A DNA stretch of 64,000 nucleotides, from the NCBI GenBank assembly GCA_965218425.1, contig OZ244621.1:3200001-3264000 (forward strand), in the 5' to 3' direction. Below the pieces are notes generated by a model. The model made no database searches and had not been told where the DNA came from. It saw nothing but the letters and a program-made list of their open reading frames with translations. Origin of the DNA: an uncultured Candidatus Binatia bacterium. Its GTDB lineage: Bacteria; Desulfobacterota; Binatia; UBA9968; CAXXLF01. The position numbers and the translations under genes are program-made. Positions within the stretch are counted from its first letter, which is position 1. Each line of letters opens with the position of its first letter. Shown here piece by piece: positions 29,702 to 39,551 of this stretch.

Positions 29702-30514
29702 ATGGCACAACCATTGGACAATATTCGTTGGTTCACGGCGGCAAATCCGGGACCCATGACCCTTGAGGGAACGAACCAATACGTTCTGGGTCGTGACGCC
29801 ACCACTGTGATTGACGTGGCGCTGCCCTCGTCGGGGAACATTGATGGCATCCTTGAAAAGGTGGAAGCCATGGGCGCGAAGAAAGTGGAGCGTATCCTTA
29901 TTACCCATATCCATCGAGATCACTGCGGAGGGGCCCTGGCGTTAAAAAAGAGGTGCGGAGCGAAACTGGGTATCTCTAAGACCCGTGCGGGGCACCTGGG
30001 AGGAGAAGACTTTCAATACGGGGAGGGAGACCGGATCCCCTATGACGGTGGCGAGCTCAGTGTGGTGCACACACCGGGTCATGAGTCAGGGCACTGTTGC
30101 TTCTATGAGAGTCGCCAGGAGGTTCTTTTTACCGGAGATCACATCCTTGGTCGGGGGACCGCAGTCATCGGCCCTCCCGATGGTGACATGGCTCACTATA
30201 TGCAATCCCTCGAAAAGCTTTTGGACCTAAAAATTCAAGTGTTACTACCCGGTCATGGCCCCCATATGGACGATCCCTATGGGAAAATACGAGAGTATAT
30301 CGAGCATCGTCGGATGCGCGAACAACAGATACTTGGGTGCATGAAAGACGGGCGTTACACCGTTGATTCCATGGTGGAGGACATTTACCAGAAGCTCACT
30401 CCCGTGCTCATCCCTGTGGCGGGTCGCTCCGTGGAGGCCCACTTAATAAAACTGGTCCGGGAAAAGAGGATTGTCCAGCAGGGCAATGAATATTTCCTGA
30501 GACCAGCTCCCTGA
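29702..30514 (+). CDS. MBL-fold metallo-hydrolase (LACTB2-like)
   Basis: NPGPMTLEGTN, THIHRDH, TPGH, GDH, PGHG, C-terminal winged helix. Confidence 0.9.
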   Translation: MAQPLDNIRWFTAANPGPMTLEGTNQYVLGRDATTVIDVALPSSGNIDGILEKVEAMGAKKVERILITHIHRDHCGGALALKKRCGAKLGISKTRAGHLGGEDFQYGEGDRIPYDGGELSVVHTPGHESGHCCFYESRQEVLFTGDHILGRGTAVIGPPDGDMAHYMQSLEKLLDLKIQVLLPGHGPHMDDPYGKIREYIEHRRMREQQILGCMKDGRYTVDSMVEDIYQKLTPVLIPVAGRSVEAHLIKLVREKRIVQQGNEYFLRPAP

Positions 30515-30529
30515 CCGCCGCCGATCTAA

Positions 30530-31315
30530 TCAATCTTCCATGATGATGGTGGGGATTCCTTCCCTCGCCAGCCGGCGGGCCTGGTCCTGCGCTGCGCGGC
30601 GCTTGGAAAAGGTGCCCGTTTGAACTCTATAGTAAATGGAGTCGTTGCTCCGGAATAGCACGATGGTGACGGGTTTGGCCCAAGGATAGTTCTTATTTAA
30701 CCAACCCTTCAGTTCCAAGGCATTTTCTACTTGAACGAAGGATCCTAGTTGCAACGTATAATCGAGATTCGCACGAATCATCCGAATTCTGTGAATACCT
30801 CGTTCCACCAATTCAATTTTTACAGGGATCGTCCCTGGTTCCACCATCCCCAGGGCATTGGCGGCAGCATAGGAAAGGTCAATGATCCTTCCCTTCATGA
30901 ATGGGCCACGGTCATTAATGGTGACCTCAACCGATCTGCCGGTTTCCAGGTTAGTGACCATGACATGGCTACCCAAGGGCAGGGTTTGGTGAGCTGCAGT
31001 GAGTTCAAACTGATTATAAATGACGCCACTTGCGGTGGGCAGGCCGTGAAATCCAGGACCGTACCAGGAAGCGATGCCGGTTTGACTGGCACCTCCTGGA
31101 ATGGCATGTGGACCGGGCAACTCAACCTTTGCGGGAGGTAGTGAGCAAGCGAGGAGAAAAGGGAGGAGAACTGCGGGGAACCTTCCCAATCTCCAAGCTG
31201 TGGCCCGAACTTTTGAGCGTTGATACGATGAAAGAATTGGCTGGAGCATTAAAGCGCTTATTATACAAGATTGGACCTCCGGATGGAAGATCATTTGGGG
31301 ATGGAGGCGGACCAT
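30530..31315 (-). CDS. rlpA: Septal ring lytic transglycosylase RlpA with SPOR domain; start uncertain (alternative 31249)
   Basis: Lipobox LLAC; GIASWYG, TAAHQTLP, INDRGPF, IIDLS; QLGSF SPOR domain. Confidence 0.9.
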   Translation of the reverse strand: MVRLHPQMIFHPEVQSCIISALMLQPILSSYQRSKVRATAWRLGRFPAVLLPFLLACSLPPAKVELPGPHAIPGGASQTGIASWYGPGFHGLPTASGVIYNQFELTAAHQTLPLGSHVMVTNLETGRSVEVTINDRGPFMKGRIIDLSYAAANALGMVEPGTIPVKIELVERGIHRIRMIRANLDYTLQLGSFVQVENALELKGWLNKNYPWAKPVTIVLFRSNDSIYYRVQTGTFSKRRAAQDQARRLAREGIPTIIMED

Positions 31316-31410
31316 TTACCCACGACCCATATTATGTTAAGAAGAGGGTGCTGTAATTCCTCACCCTAAGCCTGCTACTCTGATGAGTATTATTGAGAGA
31401 GGTTTCGGTT

Positions 31411-32157
31411 ATGTCAGGCCATTCTAAATGGAGTTCCATCAAGCATAAAAAAGCCGCCAAGGATGCCAAACGTGGAAAACTCTTTACCAAGCTTATCAAG
31501 GAGGTCACGGTGGCAGCCCGTATGGGTGGCGGCGACATCGATAGCAACCCCCGACTGCGCACTGCTGTACTAACCGCGAAGGCGGCCAGTATGCCTACGG
31601 AAAACATCGATCGTGCCATTAAGAAGGGCACGGGGGAACTGGAATCGGTTACCTATGAGGAGGTTAGCTACGAAGGCTACGGTCCGGGGGGAGCGGCCAT
31701 GATGGTCCACGTGCTCACGGACAATAAAAACCGAACCGTCTCGGAGATCCGACGTCTGTTCACGAAATACGGTGGCAATATGGGGGAGAGCGGATGTGTG
31801 GCCTGGATGTTCGACAGGAAGGCCTTGATCACTGTGGATAAGACCCGGATCGAAGAGGAACGTTTAATGGATGTGGCTTTGGATGGCGGAGCCGAGGATG
31901 TGCGCGAAGAAGACGGCCATTTTGAGATTGTCGCTCAACCTGAAGACCTTGAGAAACTAAGGGAACGCCTGGACCGAGAGAAAGTTCCCATGGTAACGGC
32001 ACAGATCTCCATGATTCCCAAGAACACGGTGGCCCTGGATGCTAAACATGCTGAACAAGCGCTCAAGCTTGCGGAAGAGCTTGAGGACCATGACGACGTC
32101 CAGGCCGTTTCAGCGAGCTTCGACATCCCGGATGAATTTCTCGATAAGACCGGTTAA
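31411..32157 (+). CDS. yebC: YebC/PmpR family protein
   Basis: MSGHSKWSSIKHKK, YEGYGPGG, TDNKNRT; precedes ruvCAB. Confidence 0.96.
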   Translation: MSGHSKWSSIKHKKAAKDAKRGKLFTKLIKEVTVAARMGGGDIDSNPRLRTAVLTAKAASMPTENIDRAIKKGTGELESVTYEEVSYEGYGPGGAAMMVHVLTDNKNRTVSEIRRLFTKYGGNMGESGCVAWMFDRKALITVDKTRIEEERLMDVALDGGAEDVREEDGHFEIVAQPEDLEKLRERLDREKVPMVTAQISMIPKNTVALDAKHAEQALKLAEELEDHDDVQAVSASFDIPDEFLDKTG

Positions 32158-32198
32158 CGGGTCATGGACGGGTTCATAATCTTCGTGCCCAATGGTTA

Positions 32199-32747
32199 AT
32201 GGAAATTAACGAAGAGAGGACTTTGGGGATCGATCCAGGGACCGTTCATACGGGGTGGGGGATCATTGAACTCCACCGCGGGTCCCTGATTCACGTGGCC
32301 CACGGAACCATTGGGTCCTCATCCAACCAGGGGCAGGGGGTTCGATTAAAACGCATCTATCGTGGACTCCAAGAAGTCATGCAACGCTATAGGCCCAAGA
32401 TCATTAGCGTGGAAAAGGTCTTTTTTGCCCGTAACGCTCAAAGCGCGTTGAAGTTAGGGCAGGCCCGCGGTGTGGCGCTGCTGGCCGGGGCCGAGAACGA
32501 CCTGAACCTCCAAGAATACACCCCGGTTGTAATCAAGCAATCGGTGGTGGGATACGGTCATGCCAGCAAGCTCCAAATGCAAAAGATGGTTACCTCGCTT
32601 CTTCATCTTACCGAACCCATTTCCACAGATGCAGCTGACGCCCTCGCCGCGGCCATCTGCCATCTCCATCAACGGACCTTTCAATCGCGTGTCGAGGCAG
32701 CCACGCCACCGCGGCGCCAGGTGGTGCGTCCATGTTCAGGTCGATAA
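32199..32747 (+). CDS. ruvC: Holliday junction resolvase RuvC
   Basis: LGIDPG, VEKVF, LGQARGV, DAADALAAAICH. Confidence 0.96.
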   Translation: MEINEERTLGIDPGTVHTGWGIIELHRGSLIHVAHGTIGSSSNQGQGVRLKRIYRGLQEVMQRYRPKIISVEKVFFARNAQSALKLGQARGVALLAGAENDLNLQEYTPVVIKQSVVGYGHASKLQMQKMVTSLLHLTEPISTDAADALAAAICHLHQRTFQSRVEAATPPRRQVVRPCSGR

Positions 32748-32762
32748 GGATGTGTCACACCC

Positions 32763-33353
32763 ATGATAGCAAAGATAAACGGCTCCCTCGCCCATAAGGA
32801 ACCCGGCGAGGTGGTCATCGACGTTGGGGGTATTGGGTATCAACTCTTTATCTCCCTGGGCGTGTTCTACCGTTTACCGGAAATTGGTAAACCGGTGAGC
32901 CTTTTCGTTCATACCCATCTACGGGAGGACGCCCTGCAGTTGTTTGGATTCCTCGAGCACGAGGAGAAGCAGACATTTTTGATGATGAATGGAGTGTCCG
33001 GGATCGGGCCAAAGTTGGCCATCGGTATCCTTTCGGGGATTCCATCAAAGGAACTGGTTCGCGCCCTCAGGGAGGGGGACCAGGTGCGCCTCGTTTCGAT
33101 TCCGGGAGTTGGGAAAAAGCTCGCGGAGCGTATGATTGTTGAGTTGAAAGACAAACTGATGGCCTTGCCCGACGAGAAGCAGATGGGTAGACAGGATGGC
33201 AACTCGCAATTGATGCGGGATGCGGTTTCCGCCCTTGTGAACCTGGGATACCGGCGTGGAGAATCGGAAAGTATCGTACGCGAAGTGGTTAACGGTGAAG
33301 CGGGGAACCTGGAAGTGGTTTTGAAAGAAACCCTGCGCAGGTTGAGTCAATAA
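32763..33353 (+). CDS. ruvA: Holliday junction DNA-binding protein RuvA
   Basis: [33 protein letters not shown]. Confidence 0.96.
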   Translation: MIAKINGSLAHKEPGEVVIDVGGIGYQLFISLGVFYRLPEIGKPVSLFVHTHLREDALQLFGFLEHEEKQTFLMMNGVSGIGPKLAIGILSGIPSKELVRALREGDQVRLVSIPGVGKKLAERMIVELKDKLMALPDEKQMGRQDGNSQLMRDAVSALVNLGYRRGESESIVREVVNGEAGNLEVVLKETLRRLSQ

Positions 33354-33366
33354 GGATACAAAACTC

Positions 33367-34458
33367 ATGGCACAACGAGGGGTCATTGAGCCCAAGGGGA
33401 CTTTGGCATCACCCATGGAGGTTAGTCCCAGTGAGATCTCTGTAATACCGACTGAAGAGGATCTAAAATTCGAGATGGGCCTAAGGCCCCGTGCCTTCGA
33501 CGAATATGTAGGACAGGACAAGGTCAAGGAGAACCTCAAAGTTGCCATTGCCGCAGCCCGAGGACGAAACGATGTCCTTGACCACTTCCTCTTCCATGGC
33601 CCGCCGGGGTTGGGGAAGACCTCATTGGCCTATATCATTTCTAGGGAGATGGGAGTCAATATTAAAGCCACCTCCGGCCCTGTGGTGGAGCGACCCGGAG
33701 ATCTGGCTGCGTTGCTCACCAACCTGGAGGAAGGCGATATCCTCTTTATCGACGAGATCCATCGTCTCAACCATGTGGTGGAGGAGGTTCTCTACCCGGC
33801 CATGGAGGACTACCAGATCGATGTCATGATCGGCCAGGGACCTTCTGCCCGATCCATCAAGCTGGAACTCAAGCGCTTCACCCTCATCGGCGCCACCACG
33901 CGATCGGGACTCCTCACACCTGCGCTGCGCAACCGGTTTGGTGCCGTCTTTCGTCTCGATTTCTATTCCCCCGAGACGCTGGTTCAGATTTTGCAAAGAT
34001 CCGCTTCCCTTCTGGGGACGAAGGGAAACCATGAGGGCATGGCAGAAATTGCACGCCGTTCCCGTGGCACCCCCAGGATCGCCAATCGTCTGCTGCGCAG
34101 GGTGCGGGATTACGCTCAGGTGAAGGCGGGCGGGGTGATTACCAAGGAAGCCACTCAGGGTGCCCTGGAGATGCTTGAAATTGACCACATAGGACTCGAT
34201 AAGATGGACATCATGATCCTGTTAACCTTAATTGATAAATTTGGCGGAGGTCCCGCGGGGCTAGAGACCCTTGCCGCCGCCATTGGAGAGGAAAAAGACA
34301 CCATCGAGGACGCCTATGAGCCCTACCTGATACAGGTGGGTTATCTTAACCGCACACCCAGGGGACGCGTGGCCACTCCTTTAGCCTATGAGCACTTTGG
34401 CCGGAGTAAGGAAACCATGCCGCCAAATGCGGGTGGGAAGCAACAGAACTTGCTTTGA
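33367..34458 (+). CDS. ruvB: Holliday junction helicase RuvB
   Basis: [34 protein letters not shown]. Confidence 0.97.
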   Translation: MAQRGVIEPKGTLASPMEVSPSEISVIPTEEDLKFEMGLRPRAFDEYVGQDKVKENLKVAIAAARGRNDVLDHFLFHGPPGLGKTSLAYIISREMGVNIKATSGPVVERPGDLAALLTNLEEGDILFIDEIHRLNHVVEEVLYPAMEDYQIDVMIGQGPSARSIKLELKRFTLIGATTRSGLLTPALRNRFGAVFRLDFYSPETLVQILQRSASLLGTKGNHEGMAEIARRSRGTPRIANRLLRRVRDYAQVKAGGVITKEATQGALEMLEIDHIGLDKMDIMILLTLIDKFGGGPAGLETLAAAIGEEKDTIEDAYEPYLIQVGYLNRTPRGRVATPLAYEHFGRSKETMPPNAGGKQQNLL

Positions 34459-34479
34459 GGAAGGGCAAAAAGTACAGTC

Positions 34480-34692
34480 ATGGGGGATTTGGGAAAGGTC
34501 CTTGTTCTCGTTGGTGTACTGCTGGTGGTTCTGGGAGTTATTTTCTCCCTGGGAGCTAAGATCCCGTGGTTGGGGCAGCTCCCCGGTGATATAACCTTCA
34601 GGAGGGGCAACCTTGCCTTCTATTTTCCTTTGGCTACATGCCTGCTTATCAGCGTAATATTAACCCTTGTCCTTTACTTCTTCAAAAGATAG
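34480..34692 (+). CDS. DUF2905 family small membrane protein
   Basis: LGQLPGDI...FYFPLATCLLIS. Confidence 0.85.
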   Translation: MGDLGKVLVLVGVLLVVLGVIFSLGAKIPWLGQLPGDITFRRGNLAFYFPLATCLLISVILTLVLYFFKR

Positions 34693-34737
34693 AATCTTTC
34701 CACTTTCCGTGACGGTCCACGGAGGGTCCGGTAGCTT

Positions 34738-36978
34738 ATGGCCTCGCAGGACGGGTCAAAAGGAATAGAAGACGGCCTCAGGCAAGAGGAGGCTAAGGGG
34801 AGAAAGCGCGAAGGGATGGTGATGCTTGTCGCCACCCTGATGGTGCTGCTCTTTGCCTTCTTTGAAGTGCTGATCCCGGAACTCTCCACTGAATACTCCT
34901 TCACCAACAATATCGCATTCTTTCTCCTCGTTAACATCAACATTATTCTTCTCGTTTTGCTGGTGTTCCTGGTGGTGCGCAACCTGGTCAAGCTCCTGTT
35001 CGAGAGAAGGCGGAAGGTACTGGGATCACGCCTTCGGGTGCGGCTGGTCCTTGTCTTTGTTGGACTCTCGCTCATCCCCACCTTACTGCTATTTTTTATT
35101 GCTGGAGGATTCGTAACGAAGTCCTTTGAGAAATGGTTTGGGGTACAGGTGGCCAATGCGCTGCGCGGTTCGCTGGAAATAGGTGAGACCTATTACCAGA
35201 ACTCAGCGAATAACGCCCTGTTTTATGCCCGCCAGCTCAGCCAGCGTATCACCGAGGCGGGGCTGTTTGATCCCAAGTCTATGGACGGTCTGAAGGCCTT
35301 CGTGAAGGCCAAACAGCGCGAGTACAATCTGGGAACGGTGGAAGTCTTCTCCCCTGATCGTAAGCCCCTGGTGGTGGCCTTCAATGACAAAGTGCCCACG
35401 GGCATCACGGTCAAACCCGAATCCGAATTCCTCGATCGTGCGTTGCGTGGACTAGAGGTGACCCGGACTCAAGGGTTTGGAGAGGGAGACATTATCCGGG
35501 GAGGAGTCCCCGTAAAGAGTCAGGACGGAAAAATCCTGGGGGTCGTGGTGGTGGACTACTTTGTCCCCAGGAGTGTCACAAAGAGGGCACTTCAGATCAG
35601 GCGCTCCTATGATGAGCACAAGAACATGGCCATCTTTAAAGAGGATATTAAAAATACTTACCTGTTGACCCTGATCCTCTTTACTCTTGTGATTATCTTT
35701 TCCGCCACCTGGTTCGGCCTTTACCTGGCCAAGGGTATTACCGGTCCCATCCAAAAGCTTGCCGAGGGAACCCATGAGGTGGCCCACGGGAATTGGGACT
35801 ATCAGATCGACGCCAGCGGCGATGATGAGATTAGTATGCTCGTGGGTTCTTTCAACCAGATGACCCGCGATCTCAAGCAGATCAACGCGGAACTGGAACA
35901 GAGACGACGTTATATGGAGACCCTGTTGACCAACGTTACGGCAGGGGTGGTATTCGTGGATCGCCAGGGAAAGGTCCAAACCATCAACCGAGCTGCAGAA
36001 CAGATCTTGGGTCTGGATGCGGGTGAAGTGCTGGGACAACGATACGACAAGGTTTTTCAGTCTGATTCCCTTGTGGTTCTAGAGGAGATCATCGATCGTG
36101 TGCAGGGCGGCAGAGGCATCAAGCGCGAGGTCAGGGTTTCGAGAAGCGACCGGATCCTGACCTTGCTGGTGACCGCCGCTATCTTAAGGGATGATGGTGA
36201 ACAAGTGTTGGGAGTCATGATGTTTGTGGAGGACATCACCGAGATCCAGAAAGTACAACGGATGGGGGCATGGCGCGAGGTGGCCCGGCGCATTGCCCAC
36301 GAGATCAAAAATCCTCTCACTCCCATTCAGCTTTCCGCTCAACGTCTGAGGAAACGCTACGAGCATCTTCTGGAAAGCGACGGTGCAGTACTGGAAAAGT
36401 GCACTTCTACGATCATTAAACAGGTGGAGGAGCTCAAGAACCTGGTGAACGAATTCTCTAACTTCGCCCGTCTACCAACGGCGGAGCTGGCCCCCAATGA
36501 TCTCAACCAGGTGGTTAAAGAGGCTCTCTTTCTTTTCAAGGAGGGACACAGGGATTTGGAATTTCGCTTTGACAAGCGGGGAGACCTCCCGCTGCTCGAT
36601 CTGGACCGGGAACAGATCAAACGTGTCTTGATGAACCTGCTGGACAACGCGGTGGCTGTGGTGGGAGATGGCGGAAAAATCGAAATCTCCACCGAGTATG
36701 ACCCCTCCTTGCGTATCGTTCACCTGGAGGTTGCGGACAACGGTTGTGGATTGTCTCCCGAAGTGAGAGAAAATATTTTCGAACCTTACTTTTCTACCAA
36801 GAAAAACGGGACGGGTTTAGGTCTGGCCATCGTGAGCACCATCGTGTCGGATCACCGGGGTTATATACGGGTACGTCAAAACGAACCCACGGGTACGCGG
36901 TTTATCGTTGAATTGCCCGTGACGGCCCAGGACCAGCCCGTGGAATTGACAAAGCGAGAGCACGGACTTTCGATCTAA
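34738..36978 (+). CDS. NtrY-like membrane sensor histidine kinase (HAMP-PAS-HisKA-HATPase)
   Basis: N-terminal TM helices, GSRLRVRL, HAMP, PAS, AWREVARRIAHEIKNPLTPIQLSA, NLLDNA, DNGCG, GTGLGL. Confidence 0.93.
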   Translation: MASQDGSKGIEDGLRQEEAKGRKREGMVMLVATLMVLLFAFFEVLIPELSTEYSFTNNIAFFLLVNINIILLVLLVFLVVRNLVKLLFERRRKVLGSRLRVRLVLVFVGLSLIPTLLLFFIAGGFVTKSFEKWFGVQVANALRGSLEIGETYYQNSANNALFYARQLSQRITEAGLFDPKSMDGLKAFVKAKQREYNLGTVEVFSPDRKPLVVAFNDKVPTGITVKPESEFLDRALRGLEVTRTQGFGEGDIIRGGVPVKSQDGKILGVVVVDYFVPRSVTKRALQIRRSYDEHKNMAIFKEDIKNTYLLTLILFTLVIIFSATWFGLYLAKGITGPIQKLAEGTHEVAHGNWDYQIDASGDDEISMLVGSFNQMTRDLKQINAELEQRRRYMETLLTNVTAGVVFVDRQGKVQTINRAAEQILGLDAGEVLGQRYDKVFQSDSLVVLEEIIDRVQGGRGIKREVRVSRSDRILTLLVTAAILRDDGEQVLGVMMFVEDITEIQKVQRMGAWREVARRIAHEIKNPLTPIQLSAQRLRKRYEHLLESDGAVLEKCTSTIIKQVEELKNLVNEFSNFARLPTAELAPNDLNQVVKEALFLFKEGHRDLEFRFDKRGDLPLLDLDREQIKRVLMNLLDNAVAVVGDGGKIEISTEYDPSLRIVHLEVADNGCGLSPEVRENIFEPYFSTKKNGTGLGLAIVSTIVSDHRGYIRVRQNEPTGTRFIVELPVTAQDQPVELTKREHGLSI

Positions 36979-37018
36979 CAGCTGGTCAAATGGAGTTAAA
37001 GGCGGAGGAGAACGCGGA

Positions 37019-38341
37019 GTGAAAAGGAACGAAAATACTATTTTAGTTATCGATGATGAGGACGGTGTCCGGGAGACCGTAAGGGAGATCCTCACGGACG
37101 AAGGCTATCAAGTGGTGGAGGCAAAAAATGAGGCCATGGTGCAGGATTTGATCCGCAAGGAGCTGCCCCATCTCGTCTTGCTGGATATCTGGATGCCCAA
37201 CGTGGATGGTATCGATCTTTTAAAACAGATCAAGGAGCAACACCCGAACCTTCGGGTGATTATGATCTCAGGTCACGGCAACATCCACACTGCTGTGACG
37301 GCGGCCAAACTAGGTGCATTTGACTTCTTGGAGAAACCGCTTTCCCTGGAAAGTTTATTGGAAACGGTTCAGCGGGCCTTGGAGGGGCAACCTGCCGTAA
37401 AGACGGCGGCAGAAGTAAAGAGAACCAAAACCACCCAAGGACAAGGGCGTCCTAGGGCGGTGACATCCAAACGATCACGCAAGAAGACCCTGCATCAGAG
37501 GACCCTGAAAAAGAGTGTGGTGGGTGCCGGCCATGGACTTCACTCCGGGGTGAAAACAGGCCTCATCCTCCATCCATTGCCTCCCAATAGCGGCATTCTT
37601 TTCTCCAGTATTTCGGCCGATGCCACGGTTCCCGCCCATCTCCACTACGTGCTCTCCACCGGGTATGCCACCTCTCTTCAAAAAAAGGGCATCATGGTCA
37701 AAACAGTGGAGCATTTTCTCGCCGCCCTGCACTCCTATGGAATTAGCAACCTGCTGGTCAAGATGCATGGAGAAATTCCCATCATGGATGGATCTGCGTT
37801 GGAATTTTGCCGCCTCATCGAAGAAGCCGGCATTGAGGAGCAGGATGCCCAGTGGTCGGAGATTGTGGTGGATAAGCCCTACCGAACGGAAACGGATGGG
37901 GGGGAATGGATTACTGTAGAGCCAGCAGACACCTTTGGGGTCCGCTATATTCTAAACTATCCAGCTCCCGTGGGCACCCAGGAGCACACCTATATCTACT
38001 CCGGTGCGGATTCCTTTCGAGAGGAGATTGCGGGGGCTCGTACCTTTGGATTTGTGAAGGATATCGAACATCTGGAAAAAATGGGACTGGCCAATGGAGG
38101 CCGCCTTAGCAATTGCATCCTGATTGGTGATGAGAAGATCATCAACACGGATCTTCGTTTCCCCGATGAATTGGCCAGGCACAAAATTCTGGACATCGTA
38201 GGCGATTTTTATTTGTTGGGGAAGCCCATTCGAGGCATGGTGACGGCTTGCATGACCGGACACTCGGACAATATTGCTTTACTCAGAGAGATGAAAAGGG
38301 GCATGGCCCTGGAAGAGGAGCCTCGGGTCAACCCTAGCTAG
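37019..38341 (+). CDS. lpxC: Receiver-domain (NtrX-like REC) fused to LpxC (UDP-3-O-acyl-GlcNAc deacetylase)
   Basis: aa 1-122 REC (DD, D56 in LLDIWMP, ISGHG, EKP); basic linker; from aa 160 LpxC (QRTL, GLHSG, TVEH, PIMDGS, ARTFGF, HKILD, GH). Confidence 0.92.
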   Translation: MKRNENTILVIDDEDGVRETVREILTDEGYQVVEAKNEAMVQDLIRKELPHLVLLDIWMPNVDGIDLLKQIKEQHPNLRVIMISGHGNIHTAVTAAKLGAFDFLEKPLSLESLLETVQRALEGQPAVKTAAEVKRTKTTQGQGRPRAVTSKRSRKKTLHQRTLKKSVVGAGHGLHSGVKTGLILHPLPPNSGILFSSISADATVPAHLHYVLSTGYATSLQKKGIMVKTVEHFLAALHSYGISNLLVKMHGEIPIMDGSALEFCRLIEEAGIEEQDAQWSEIVVDKPYRTETDGGEWITVEPADTFGVRYILNYPAPVGTQEHTYIYSGADSFREEIAGARTFGFVKDIEHLEKMGLANGGRLSNCILIGDEKIINTDLRFPDELARHKILDIVGDFYLLGKPIRGMVTACMTGHSDNIALLREMKRGMALEEEPRVNPS

Positions 38342-38344
38342 ATC

Positions 38345-38785
38345 ATGGCAAACTTCCAACCCTTTCCTCGTCTTTTCACTGTGGCCGAGGCGAGGTCCCT
38401 TCTTCCTACTTTGCGTCCTTTGATTGAACAGGTATTTCAAAGCCTCGAAGTTATGAAGAGCAAGAGCGAGGCGCTGATTCGCAGGGAGGGGCTCAACCCC
38501 GACAGCCCCGATTTACAAAAGAAGCTCGAAGCGGACGATACAGTTGCCGGCGTCATACGCCGGGTGGAAGGATTAGTGGAGCGGATCAACGATCTTGGCT
38601 GTGTCTGCAAGGGAGTGGAGCAGGGTCTTGTGGATTTTCCCTGCCTCTTGGGAGATGAGGTAGTGTTTCTCTGTTGGCAGTATGGCGAAGAAGACGTTAA
38701 CCATTGGCACAGTATCCATGATGGGTTTACGGGGCGCCGAACTTTGCTCGATCTAGATGAAGAGAAAAAGACTTCCTATCACTGA
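38345..38785 (+). CDS. DUF2203 family protein
   Basis: FTVAEARSLLP, GLVDFP, FLCWQYGE, WH...GFTGRR. Confidence 0.88.
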   Translation: MANFQPFPRLFTVAEARSLLPTLRPLIEQVFQSLEVMKSKSEALIRREGLNPDSPDLQKKLEADDTVAGVIRRVEGLVERINDLGCVCKGVEQGLVDFPCLLGDEVVFLCWQYGEEDVNHWHSIHDGFTGRRTLLDLDEEKKTSYH

Positions 38786-39507
38786 TGGGAACCCTTCCTG
38801 AGGGTCCTCCTCGCCTTGAGCACCGGAATCGCGTCAATTTTCTCCTGAGAGATCATAGACCAATAGATTCCGCGTGGTTTGCCCTTGCTGGGACCAAGAG
38901 CCAGGACCTTTTCCGGGGTAATGATTGCGTTGATCGGTATGTCATGTTCGGTCATAGGTATCTCCGAATTGAGGAGTTGCAAGGGGTGGATGGTGGTGAC
39001 GATTGGAGTACTGGCGTCCACTTGCCCTTCTTCCCTGAGCAGAGCATATTCCAGGTCTGAATAGCCTCCTCCCTTGCCCACCCGCGCTCCTTTCCCATTC
39101 ACCGCCACGGATCCGCAAACAATGAGATGGATCTTTTTTATCTTTTCCATGGCCACTGGGCGTCCGTACTTTGTAGCCCCTTTGATGGAGGAGGCGTGGA
39201 AAGGGGAGACTTTCAAGTGTCTTGGGTCCAACTCGATGAATGGCTTCATGCTTTGAAGTCTCGGCACCGCCATATAAACGATCTTACCTTCCTCAAGAGC
39301 CCTTTGACGTACGGCCCTTTGAGGGGAATCCGGGTTGGCTTTGATCCTTTTGGCTTGCTGCCAGGAGGGTAGCTGACTGAGAAGATGAGCACACCTTTCG
39401 GAACCCACGAAGTTGGGAATCCTTCCCTGGGGGCCAGGGAAGCGGGCCACCTGCTTTTCTTTCATGATTTGCCAGATCCCCGCGCGAATGTCGTCCTTTC
39501 TCTCCAT
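38779..39507 (-). CDS. 5-formyltetrahydrofolate cyclo-ligase family (MTHFSD-like)
   Basis: GRIPNFVG, NPDSPQ, GSVAV..GARVGKGGGYSDLEY, HD. Confidence 0.88.
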   Translation of the reverse strand: MERKDDIRAGIWQIMKEKQVARFPGPQGRIPNFVGSERCAHLLSQLPSWQQAKRIKANPDSPQRAVRQRALEEGKIVYMAVPRLQSMKPFIELDPRHLKVSPFHASSIKGATKYGRPVAMEKIKKIHLIVCGSVAVNGKGARVGKGGGYSDLEYALLREEGQVDASTPIVTTIHPLQLLNSEIPMTEHDIPINAIITPEKVLALGPSKGKPRGIYWSMISQEKIDAIPVLKARRTLRKGSHQ

Positions 39508-39551
39508 GGCGAGCGCCTGGTCTAATGGAATTGAGTGTTGGACAGTTACGG

